64,000 bases of DNA, taken from assembly GCA_963813225.1 (NCBI GenBank), contig CAWEYB010000001.1:872652-936651 (forward strand), read 5' to 3'. The stretch is from an uncultured Chloroflexia bacterium. Lineage in GTDB: Bacteria; Chloroflexota; Limnocylindria; Limnocylindrales; CSP1-4. How positions within the stretch are numbered: position 1 is the first letter of the stretch; each line of letters starts with the position of its first letter. Of the stretch, positions 11,046-19,972 are shown piece by piece. The notes beneath the pieces are model-generated. The model saw nothing but the letters and a program-made list of their open reading frames with translations. It did no database searches and was not told the origin of the DNA. Both the position numbers and the translations under genes were made by a program.

Positions 11046-11854
11046 CGAGGTTTGCCGGCAGGTCCGCCGGCGCCGGGATAGGCGGGCTTCAGCCCGGCCA
11101 GGACGTCGGCCAGGATCGTCGACACCGCCAGGTTGCGGAACCAGTTGCGGTTGGCGGGGATGACGTACCACGGCGCCCACGGCGTCGACGTCTTGGTCAG
11201 CGCGTCGTCGAAGGCGGCCTGATAGTCGTCCCAGAGCTTCCGCTCCGCGAGGTCGCCGAGCTTGAACTTCCACCGCTTCGTCGGGTCGTCGTAGCGGTCC
11301 TGGATGCGCTGGCGCTGCTCGTCGCGGTCGATGTTGAGGAAGAACTTGACGATGGTCGTGCCGCTCTCGGCCAGCGTCCGCTCGAAGTCGTTGATCTGCT
11401 CGTAGCGCTTCGACCAGACCGCGCGCGGGACGAGGTCGTGGACCCGGACGACGAGGACGTCCTCGTAGTGCGACCGGTTGAAGATGCCGATCTCGCCCTT
11501 GGCCGGCGTCCGCTGGTGGACGCGCCACAGGTAGTCGTGGGCGAGCTCCACGGCGCTCGGCACCTTGAACGAGGTCACCGGGCAGCCCTGCGGGTCGAAC
11601 GCGTCCATGACCTTGGCGATGGTGCCGTCCTTGCCGGCGGCGTCGATGCCCTGGAGGACGATGAGGACCGGGTGCTTCTGCTCGGCCCAGATCCTGTCCT
11701 GGAGGTCGCGCAGCCGCTCCATCTGCTTCGCGGTCCGGTCCACCGACGACGCCTTGTCGTGGCCGAACGTCGCGTTCGGATCGAGCTTCGCGAGCCGGAC
11801 GCGACTGCCGGGCTTGACCCGGAGGGCGTCGCGCAGGGCGGGCTGTCGGGGCAT
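11035..11854 (-). pseudogene. ppk2: polyphosphate kinase 2; +1 frameshift near 11074 affecting the last ~12 codons
   Basis: MPRQPALRD...PVLIVLQGIDAAGKDGTIAKV (PPK2 Walker A)...FNRSHYEDVLVVRVH...WYVIPANRNWFRNL. After LKPAYP, removing one G (ccc-G-gcg) gives APADLPANLVIE* with TAG at 11035-11037. Confidence 0.85.
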
Positions 11855-11938
11855 GGTCTCCCTCCTCGGCGGGCTTGGGCGGCGGCGTCGCCGGGACGTC
11901 GTTGTACGATGCAACGTACCCCACAGGAGTCCCGCCCG

Positions 11939-13384
11939 ATGACCGTCGCCGCCGGCACCAAGCCTCATCCGATCTTCCTTGCCGGCCGCTGGGTCGAGTC
12001 GCCCGACGTCCTGGTGGTCGACAACCCGGCCGACCCGTCGACCCCGGCCGGGACGACCTACACCGCGACCGAGGCGCAGTACGAGGAAGCCGTCGAGGCG
12101 GCAGTGGCTGCCTTCGAGGTCACGCGCACGCTGCCCGCCTACGAGCGCGGCCGGATCCTGCGCGACATCAGCGCGGGGCTGCGCGGGCGGCGCGAGGAGA
12201 TCGGCCGGCTCATCGCCCTCGAGGCCGGCAAGCCGATCCGCGACGCGCTGGTCGAGGTGGACCGCGCGGTCCTGACCTTCCGGCTCGGTGCCGAGGAGGC
12301 GGAGCGGATGACCGGCGAGGTCATCCCGCTCGACCTGCTGCCGTCGTCGAAGGACCGCATCGGGATCACGCGGCGCTTCCCGATCGGCCCGATCGCCGGG
12401 ATCAGCCCGTTCAACTTCCCGCTCAACCTGGCGGCCCACAAGGTCGCCCCGGCGATCGCGTCGGGCAACACGATCGTGCTCAAGCCGCCGTCCAAGGACC
12501 CGCTGACGATGCTGGCCGTGGCCGAGATCATCGAGGCGGCCGGGGCGCCGGCAGGCTCGGTCTCGATCCTGCCGATGACCCGCGAGCTGGGCGACCGGAT
12601 GGTCGCCGACGACCGCTTCAAGCTGCTGACGTTCACCGGCTCGCCGTCGGTCGGCTGGCGGATGAAGGAGCGGGCGGGCAAGAAGCGGGTCGTGCTCGAG
12701 CTCGGCGGCAACGCCGGCGTCATCGTCGACAAGACCGCCGACCTCGACTGGGCGGTCAAGCGCTGCCTCGTCGGAGCGTTCACCTATGCCGGCCAGGTGT
12801 GCATCAGCGTCCAGCGGATGTTCATCCACGAGGAGATCTGGGACGCGTTCATGGACCGGTTCGTGGACGGCGCCCGGGCGCTCAAGCTCGGCGATCCGCT
12901 CGACCCGACGACCGATGTCGGCCCGATGGTCGACGCGACGGCAGCCGGCCGGACGCAGCGCTGGGTCGACGAGGCGCTCGCGCTCGGCGGCAAGGCTCTC
13001 CTCGGCGGCAAGGCCGACGGCACGTTCTTCCCGCCGACGATCCTGACCGACGTGCCGGTGAGTGCCCAGGTCTGCTCGAACGAGGCGTTCGCGCCGCTGG
13101 TCGTGGCCTTCCCGTTCCGCGCATTCGACGAGGCGATCGCGGCCGTCAACGACTCGATGTTCGGGCTGCAGACCGGCGTCTTCACCAATGACCTGGCGGG
13201 CGCGTGGCGCGCGTTCGGCGAGCTCGAGGTCGGTGGCGTGATCGTCAACGACGTGCCGACGTACCGGATCGACCACATGCCCTACGGCGGCGTCAAGGAC
13301 TCGGGCCTCGGACGCGAGGGCCTGCGCTACGCGATGGACGACATGACCGAGATCCGGATCATGGTGCTCGCCCAGCCGTCGTAG
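11939..13384 (+). CDS. NAD(P)-dependent aldehyde dehydrogenase
   Basis: 481 aa. VLELGGNAG (catalytic Glu) and YAGQVCISVQR (catalytic Cys). The ATG lies inside the longer listed ORF 11042..13384, whose 5' part is antisense to ppk2. Confidence 0.9.
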   Translation: MTVAAGTKPHPIFLAGRWVESPDVLVVDNPADPSTPAGTTYTATEAQYEEAVEAAVAAFEVTRTLPAYERGRILRDISAGLRGRREEIGRLIALEAGKPIRDALVEVDRAVLTFRLGAEEAERMTGEVIPLDLLPSSKDRIGITRRFPIGPIAGISPFNFPLNLAAHKVAPAIASGNTIVLKPPSKDPLTMLAVAEIIEAAGAPAGSVSILPMTRELGDRMVADDRFKLLTFTGSPSVGWRMKERAGKKRVVLELGGNAGVIVDKTADLDWAVKRCLVGAFTYAGQVCISVQRMFIHEEIWDAFMDRFVDGARALKLGDPLDPTTDVGPMVDATAAGRTQRWVDEALALGGKALLGGKADGTFFPPTILTDVPVSAQVCSNEAFAPLVVAFPFRAFDEAIAAVNDSMFGLQTGVFTNDLAGAWRAFGELEVGGVIVNDVPTYRIDHMPYGGVKDSGLGREGLRYAMDDMTEIRIMVLAQPS

Positions 13385-13458
13385 GCGCGACCACCGCGTC
13401 CCGGGGTTCGCGACGCGGCCCGACGGCGAAACCGTCGCGTGCCGCATCCTTGGCCGCG

Positions 13459-14634
13459 ATGGACCTGACCTTGACGCCCGCCCAGACCGAGCTCCAGACG
13501 CGCGCCCGGGCGTTCGTGCGCGACGTGCTCCAGCCGCGCGAGGTCGAGTTCGAGCGGGCCGGCGGGCATGTTCCGCGGGACTGGGGGAACCCCATCCGGG
13601 CGGCCGCCCGCGACGCCCGGCTCCATGGCGGCCCGTTCCCGGTCGAGGTCGGGGGTCAGGGCTGGTCGGTCGTCGATCAGGTCCTCGTCCACGAGCAGTT
13701 CGGGCAGGCGACTGGCGGCCTGTGGTCGTACGTCCCGGGCGCCTACAACGTCCTGGTCCACGCCGACGCCGAGCAGCGCCGACGGTATCTCGACCCGTCG
13801 TTGCGCGGCGAGCGCTCGGGGAGCTACGCGATCACCGAGGAGGGCGCCGGCTCCGACGCCCGGACGCTCCATGCGACCGCGGTTCGCGACGCCGCCACCG
13901 GCGAGTACGTCCTGAACGGCGAGAAGTGGTTCGTGACGGGCCCCGACGACACCGACTTCATGATCTTCCATTGCGCGCTGGTCGACGGCGAGGATCGCCT
14001 GCCCACGCTGTTCCTGGTCGACTACGACACGCCCGGCGTCGTGATGCGTCACGACCCGGACTACACCCACACCTTTGCCGACCGGCACCCGCAGTTCGTC
14101 CTGGAGGACGTGCGAGTCCCGGCGTCGGCCGTGCTGGGCGGCGTCGGGCGCGCCGACGAGCTGACCAACGAGTGGTTCGTCGAGGAGCGCATCCACATCG
14201 CCGCGCGCTGCGCGGGCGCCATGGAGCGACTGCTCGGCCTGGCCGTCGACTGGGCGACCGGGCGGCACGCGTTCGGCGAGCGGATCTACGACTTCCAGGG
14301 CGTCAGCTTCCCCCTGGCCGATTCAGCGGCGGACGCGTCGGCGGCACGCCTGCTCGCGCGCGAATGCGCCTGGCTGGCCGACAACGGCGCGGACCCCAAG
14401 GTCGTCCATGCCAAGGCGTCGCTCGCCAAGCTGTTCGCGTCCGAGGCGGCGTGGCGTTGCGCGGACCGGGTCGTCCAGGTCTACGGCGGCCGCGGGTACA
14501 TGCGCGAGTTCGCGGCCGAGCGGTTCCTGCGCGAGCTGCGCGTCGACCGCATCTGGGAGGGGACGTCCGAGATCCAGCGGATGATCGTCGCCCGCGCGCT
14601 CGAGAAGCGGGGCGTGGGCCGGGTGGTCGGGTGA
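13459..14634 (+). CDS. acyl-CoA dehydrogenase
   Basis: 391 aa. GSYAITEEGAGSD and IWEGTSEIQRMIVAR (catalytic Glu region). Its stop overlaps the next gene's GTG (GTGA). Confidence 0.9.
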   Translation: MDLTLTPAQTELQTRARAFVRDVLQPREVEFERAGGHVPRDWGNPIRAAARDARLHGGPFPVEVGGQGWSVVDQVLVHEQFGQATGGLWSYVPGAYNVLVHADAEQRRRYLDPSLRGERSGSYAITEEGAGSDARTLHATAVRDAATGEYVLNGEKWFVTGPDDTDFMIFHCALVDGEDRLPTLFLVDYDTPGVVMRHDPDYTHTFADRHPQFVLEDVRVPASAVLGGVGRADELTNEWFVEERIHIAARCAGAMERLLGLAVDWATGRHAFGERIYDFQGVSFPLADSAADASAARLLARECAWLADNGADPKVVHAKASLAKLFASEAAWRCADRVVQVYGGRGYMREFAAERFLRELRVDRIWEGTSEIQRMIVARALEKRGVGRVVG

Positions 14635-16830
14635 GGGCAGAGGCCGGCTCAGGCGCCATCGACCTGCGGCCGCTCTTCGCTCCTGCCAGCATCGCGGTGG
14701 TCGGGGCCTCGCCACGCTCCTGGATCGCCGAGACGGTCCGCGACAACCTGCGGGTCATGGGCAGCGCGACCCGCTGCCACTTCGTCAACCCGAAGTACGA
14801 CGAGCTGCACGGTCAGCCCTGCTATCCGTCGTTGGAGGCCCTCCCCGAGACGCCCGACATCGCGGTCGTGGCACTCAACCCGTTGCGTGCCGCATCCGTG
14901 ACCGAGGCTGCCGCGGCCGCCGGCGTGCCCGCGGTCGTCATCCCGGGCGGCGGCGTCGTCGAGGGCGGAGAGGCGGCCGCTGCGATGCAGCTCGAGGTCG
15001 CCGCCATCGCGCGCGAGCACGGGCTGGCGCTGCTCGGGCCGAACTGCATGGGTGTCATCGACCTCGTCAGCAACAGCGCGACCTACATCGGCGACGTGTC
15101 GCCGTACCTGCCGCGCGGCGGCGTGGCCGGGATCGCGCAGTCGGGGTCGGTCAGCGACGCCTTCGTCCATTCGGGGAACCGGATCGGCTTCTCGCGGATC
15201 ATCAGCTGCGGCTCGGAGGTCGTCCTCGACGTCTGCGACTACCTCGCCTACTGCCTCGACGACCCCGAGACGAGCTCGGTCATCCTCTTCCTCGAGGGGT
15301 TCAAGCGGCCGGAGCGGTTCCTGGCCCTGGCCGACCGGGCCCTCGAGCTGGGCAAGCCGATCATGGCCGTCAAGGTGGGTCACAGCGACCAGGCGCAGGC
15401 GGCAGCCGTCGCCCACACCGGCTCGCTGGCCGGCGAGACGCGCGTGACCGACGCGGCGCTCGAGGCGGCCGGGGTCATCCGCTGCCGCGACCTCGACGAG
15501 CTGCTCGAGACGGCCGAGCTGGTCGAGGGCGTCCGCCGCACGGGCCGCCGCGTCGGGCGTGGCCGGACCGGGGTCGTGACGGTGTCGACCGGCGAGGCGT
15601 CGCTCATCGCCGACCTCGTCCCGATGACCGGGCTCGACCTGCCACCGATCACCGGCACCGCCCGGAGGGCGATCCTCGAGGCGCTGCCGACGATGGGCTA
15701 CATCGGCAATCCGCTCGATCCGTGGGGCGCGGCGGACCCGTCGGTGGCCTACGGCGCCGCGTGCGAGGCGATGGCCGCGTCCGGCGCATACGACGTCCTC
15801 GTCCTCGTCCACGACTTCCCGTACCGCTCGCTGCCGTCCGAGGTCAACACCGCCAACGAGGTCGCGTCCGCGCTCCTGGCCGCGACCGCCGATCGACCCG
15901 GGATCCTGCCGATCTACGTCTCGTTGACATCGGGCGAGCCGCCGCCCGAGACGAAGGCGCTGCTCGACACGGTCGGGTGGCGGCGCGCCGCTGCTCCGCG
16001 GCGCCGTGCCGGCGTTCCGGGCCATCGCCGAGGTCGCCGCCTGGGAGGGGCGGCACGACCACCGGGTGGACGACGGGCCGTGGCGGGACGCGTGGCCGGC
16101 CCTCGCCGCAGACCGGACCTCGTACGGCGCCGACGCGGCGGCCGCGACTGCCGCCCGTCGTGCTCGCCCGCCGGTCACCTTGTCCGAGCCCGAGAGCCTG
16201 GCGTTCATCGGTCGGGCCGGCATCGCGGTCAGCCAGGTGATCGCCGTGTCCGACGCCGCGGCCGCCGTCGGGGCCGCGCGCACGGTCGGCGGCCCGATCG
16301 CGCTCAAGCTCGACGCGGCCGGGCTGGCGCACAAGAGCGACATCGGTGGCGTGGCGCTCGGCCTGCGCGGGGACGACGCCGTGTATGGCGCGGCGCTGAC
16401 GTTGCTCGAGATCGGCCGCCGCCGCGGCCTGACCGTGCGCGGCCTGTTGATCGAACCGATGGCTCCGCACGGGGTCGAGCTCATCCTCGGCTTCCGGCGG
16501 GATCCGCAATTCGGCCCGGCCGTGCTGGTGGGGATCGGCGGGGTCCTGACCGAGGTGCTCGATGACGTCGCGGTCCGCCTCGCGCCCGTCGACCATGCGG
16601 CAGCCGCCGCGATGCTCGACGACTTGCGCGGCAGCCGGATCCTCGGCGCCGTGCGTGGCCGCCCCGCGGTCGACCGGGGGACGGTGGTCGGCATGCTCGT
16701 CGCGCTCAGCACGCTCGGCGTCGAGCGTCCCGACGTGCTCGAGGTGGACCTCAACCCGGTGATCGCGTCGGCCGGCGGCGCGATCGCGGTGGACGCACTG
16801 GTCGTGCTCGAAGGACCGCCCGATGCCTGA
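14631..16830 (+). pseudogene. ADP-forming acyl-CoA synthetase (CoA-binding + ATP-grasp, acetate--CoA ligase family); +1 frameshift near 15978
   Basis: Frame 0 gives PASIAVVGASPR...LLGPNCMGVI...AHTGSLAG...KALLDTVG. Frame 1 gives GGAPLLRGAVPAFRAIAEVAAWE...PIALKLDAAGLAHKSDIGGVALGL...EVDLNPVIA. The extra base lies in a G run (gtc-ggG-t). Confidence 0.8.
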
Positions 16831-17716
16831 CGACATCGCCGACAGAGCGCCGGCCGAACCCGTCCTCCTCCGCCGCAGGACACCGTGGGGCGTCCGCCTG
16901 ACGCTCAACCGGCCCGCCAAGCTCAACGCGCTGTCGGGCGAGCTCGTCGAGGCCCTCGTCGCGGCGATCGACGACGCCACCGCCGACGCCGACGTGCGGG
17001 TCATCGTGCTCGAGGGCGCCGGCCGGGCGTTCTCGGCGGGCTACGACCTGACCGAGGAAGCCGAGGGCGAGGCGCTCGGCCCGGTCGGCTGGCGCGAGCT
17101 GCTGGCGGCCGACGTGGCGGCCACCCTCCACGTCCTCGATTGTCCCAAGCCGGTCATCGCGCAGGTCCACGGGTACGCGCTGGCGGGCGGGCTCGAGCTG
17201 GCGATGGCGTGCGACCTCATCGTCGCGGCCGAGGGAGCCAGGCTCGGAGAGCCGGAGATCCGCTACGGGTCGGCCCCGGTCGCGCTGCTGATGCCATACC
17301 TGATCGGCCAGAAGAAGACCCGCGAGCTGCTGCTGACGGGCGACCTCATCGACGCGACCGAGGCCGAGCGGATCGGGCTCATCAACCGGGTCGTCCCGGC
17401 CGACCGGCTCGCGGCAGAGGTGGACGCCCTCGCCGATCGATTGGCACGGACGCCGCCCGAGGTGATGGCCCCGACCAAGCGGATGCTCAATCGTGCCATG
17501 GACGCGGCCGGGTTCCGGCTGGCGGTGGAGGCCGGCATCGACCTCGGGGCGATCATCAACGCGGCGGATACGCCGGAGCAGCGCGAATGGGACGAGATCG
17601 TCCGCCGCGACGGGCTGAAGGCCGCCCTGGCCTGGCGCGACAGGCGCTACGACGAGAGGCTGGCGGGGACGGGCGCCGAACCGGCGACGGAACCCGCCGT
17701 CCCCGATCCGGACTGA
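16823..17716 (+). CDS. enoyl-CoA hydratase/isomerase (crotonase family)
   Basis: 297 aa. VIVLEGAGRAFSAGYDL and HGYALAGGLELAMACDL. 8-nt overlap with the upstream gene. Confidence 0.9.
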   Translation: MPDDIADRAPAEPVLLRRRTPWGVRLTLNRPAKLNALSGELVEALVAAIDDATADADVRVIVLEGAGRAFSAGYDLTEEAEGEALGPVGWRELLAADVAATLHVLDCPKPVIAQVHGYALAGGLELAMACDLIVAAEGARLGEPEIRYGSAPVALLMPYLIGQKKTRELLLTGDLIDATEAERIGLINRVVPADRLAAEVDALADRLARTPPEVMAPTKRMLNRAMDAAGFRLAVEAGIDLGAIINAADTPEQREWDEIVRRDGLKAALAWRDRRYDERLAGTGAEPATEPAVPDPD

Positions 17717-18633
17717 CCCGTCGCGGTCCCTGGTGCGGGGGTCAGGAGCTCACGGATCCCGCGATCGAGAGAGATGGCCGGCCTCCAGCCGAGCGCCCGT
17801 AGCCGGGCTGCCGAGACCGCCGAGTCACGGACGTCTCCGGATCGGACCGGCCGATGGATGCGGCCGAGTCGTGCGCCGGCCGCGCGCTCCACGGTGTCCG
17901 CCAGCGTCGTGATCGACGTCCGCCGGCCCGCCGCGACGTTCCATGTCCCGCTCGGGGTGGCCGGATCGGCGAGACGGACGAGGGCCCCCACCACGTCCGT
18001 GACGTGGACGAAGTCACGCGTCTGGCCACCGTCACCGTCGATGGTCAGGGCCTGCCCGGCCAGCGCCAGGGCCACGAACGAGGCCACGACGGCGCCTTCG
18101 AGCCCGCTCGCCTGGCGCGGACCGTAGATGTTCGATGGCCGGGCGATCGCGTACGGCAGGCCGGCCAGGACCACGTGACCCTCGGCCGCCAGCTTGTGGA
18201 TGCCGTAGTAGGAGCTCGGGGCGGCGCGCGCCGTCTCGCTGGCCGGGCGACGTGTCTCGCCGTAGATGGCTCCGCCGGACGAGACGAAGACCAGACGCTC
18301 CGCGCCCGCGAGTCGCGCTGCGGTCGCGACGCGGTTGGTCCCGATGACGTTGACCGCGAGATCGTGCAGCGGCGACTCGATCGACCGGGGCACGCTCGCC
18401 TGTGCGGCGAGGTGGAAGACCACGCTCGGATGCCACGCACGGACGGTCCCGTCGAGGTCGTCGATCGACACGTCGAGGCGCTCGAGACGGACGTCGTCCG
18501 GGAGGTTCGCGGCGCGTCCGGTCGACAGGTCATCGATGACGAGGACGGACCAGCCGTCGGCCACCAATCGGTCGACCAGATGGCCCCCGACAAATCCGGC
18601 ACCGCCCGTCACGACGACCCGCGGCTGGCTCAA
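17647..18633 (-). CDS. NAD-dependent epimerase/dehydratase (UDP-glucose 4-epimerase-like SDR)
   Basis: TTG 18633 overlaps the stop of the upstream flavin reductase (TTGA). VVVTGGAGFVGGHLV and YYGIHK (YxxxK) motifs. The Gly/Ser/Ala-rich C-tail overlaps the convergent crotonase gene by 70 nt, so the 3' end is uncertain. Confidence 0.8.
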   Translation of the reverse strand: MSQPRVVVTGGAGFVGGHLVDRLVADGWSVLVIDDLSTGRAANLPDDVRLERLDVSIDDLDGTVRAWHPSVVFHLAAQASVPRSIESPLHDLAVNVIGTNRVATAARLAGAERLVFVSSGGAIYGETRRPASETARAAPSSYYGIHKLAAEGHVVLAGLPYAIARPSNIYGPRQASGLEGAVVASFVALALAGQALTIDGDGGQTRDFVHVTDVVGALVRLADPATPSGTWNVAAGRRTSITTLADTVERAAGARLGRIHRPVRSGDVRDSAVSAARLRALGWRPAISLDRGIRELLTPAPGTATGQSGSGTAGSVAGSAPVPASLSS

Positions 18634-19190
18634 TCGAGGTGATCCGACCGTTCGGCCGTTGACTCGAGCTGACTGTACGAACCGCCGTGGTAGAGGAGCG
18701 GCGGCGCCTCGATCGGATTGACCCAGGCTCGGTGGATGAGTCCAAGGAAGACCGTGTGGGAGTACACCTCGAACGACGTGGCGACCTCGCACTCGAGATG
18801 GGCCAGCGATCCGAGGAGGCGGGGTGTCGCACCTTCGGGCGCGTCCGGCGCGAGCCAGTCGTCCCTCAGCTGCTTGTCGCCACCGATCCGGCTGCAGTGG
18901 AGTGCTACGCTCTGCTGCCCGACTGACAGGAGATTCACGCCGTATCGGCCCCGATCCGTGATCTCGGCGTGGGCGCGCGACGAACGGTTGATGCAGACCA
19001 GGAGAGACGGTGGGGACGGCGAGAGTGAGCACATCGACGTGGCCGTCATGCCGCTTGGCCGCCCGTCGGCATCGAAATAGGTGACGATGACGACCGTCGT
19101 CGCGTATCGCCTGAATGCCTGCCGGAATAGGTCCGTATCGGCCACCCAGTCGAGATCGGCCGGGTTCACCGGCATCTCCGGTCTGTCCAT
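18630..19190 (-). CDS. flavin reductase-like domain protein
   Basis: 186 aa. FRQAFRRYATTVVIVT...GMTATSMCSLSPSPPSLLVCI is typical of the Flavin_Reduct family. Confidence 0.8.
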   Translation of the reverse strand: MDRPEMPVNPADLDWVADTDLFRQAFRRYATTVVIVTYFDADGRPSGMTATSMCSLSPSPPSLLVCINRSSRAHAEITDRGRYGVNLLSVGQQSVALHCSRIGGDKQLRDDWLAPDAPEGATPRLLGSLAHLECEVATSFEVYSHTVFLGLIHRAWVNPIEAPPLLYHGGSYSQLESTAERSDHLD

Positions 19191-19291
19191 CGAGGTCGTA
19201 GGCCTCCGATCAGCGTCTGCCCATTGTGCAACGGCGGGCGATCGAGGGCCGGACTGATGCGGGCCGGTCCTGACCGCTCCGACCCGACTCG

Positions 19292-19972
19292 ATGAGCGGT
19301 CAGAGCCGCCCGCCGCTGTCGCTGGCCTACCGCGTCCGGGATGCGAGCCTCCCGCCGCCCGCCGCGGAACGGCCGCCCCTGCTCGTGCTCCTCCACGGCG
19401 TCGGGAGCAACGAGCTCGCCATGGCAGCTCTCGCCGGATCGTTCGATCCCCGCTTCGTCGTCATCAGTGCGCGCTCGCCGATCGAGATGGGGCCGTTCTC
19501 CTTCTGCTGGTTCCACGTCACGTTCACGCCCGACGGCCCGGTCATCGACGGTGACGAGCTGCACGTCGCGGCCGATCGGCTGGCCGGCTTCGTCGACGAG
19601 GCGGTCCTCGCCTTTGGCGCCGATCCCCGGCGGGTCTTCATCGCCGGGTTCAGCCAGGGCGGGATCATGGGGCTCACGTCGATGCTCACCGGCCCGGATC
19701 GGCTCGCCGGAGTGGTCTGCATGAGCGGCCGGCTGCCACCCGAGGTCCTGCCCCGCCTCGCCCCGCCCGACCGGCTCCGCGCCAAGCCCGTCCTCATCGT
19801 CCACGGCACCCACGATGAGGTGCTCGGCGTGGAATACGGCCGCAGTGCCCACGCGACGTTGGAGCGGCTCTCGCTCGCGGTGACGTACGAGGAGTTCGAC
19901 ATGACCCACACCACAACCGACGCGAGCCTCGCATCGGTGGCTGAGTGGCTCACCGATCGGCTGGGGCGCTGA
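19292..19972 (+). CDS. phospholipase/carboxylesterase-family alpha/beta hydrolase
   Basis: 226 aa. LLVLLHGVGSNE, nucleophile elbow GFSQGG, HGTHDEV. Confidence 0.8.
   Translation: MSGQSRPPLSLAYRVRDASLPPPAAERPPLLVLLHGVGSNELAMAALAGSFDPRFVVISARSPIEMGPFSFCWFHVTFTPDGPVIDGDELHVAADRLAGFVDEAVLAFGADPRRVFIAGFSQGGIMGLTSMLTGPDRLAGVVCMSGRLPPEVLPRLAPPDRLRAKPVLIVHGTHDEVLGVEYGRSAHATLERLSLAVTYEEFDMTHTTTDASLASVAEWLTDRLGR

Noticed and set aside
10166-13447. 1093-aa minus-strand ORF spanning the APH, ppk2 and ALDH regions
   Set aside because: Only the ppk2 segment (11035-11854) is real. The remainder is antisense to a well-conserved aldehyde dehydrogenase and has Arg/Pro/Ala-dominated composition.
14649-16883. 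744-aa minus-strand ORF, with similar antisense ORFs at 50377..52458 and 27420..28967
   Set aside because: They are antisense to clearly conserved genes (ADP-forming acyl-CoA synthetase, CapD-like dehydratase, propeller protein). They have low-complexity Arg/Pro/Gly-rich translations and no recognisable motifs. Only the last ~87 codons of 27420..28967 are real (the carrier protein).
17647-17716. 70-nt convergent overlap of the crotonase and epimerase genes as an antisense regulatory feature
   Set aside because: The epimerase tail (TPAPGTATGQSGSGTAGSVAGSAPVPASLSS) looks like a low-complexity extension. Given the indel rate, a missed frame error near 17740 is the more economical explanation.
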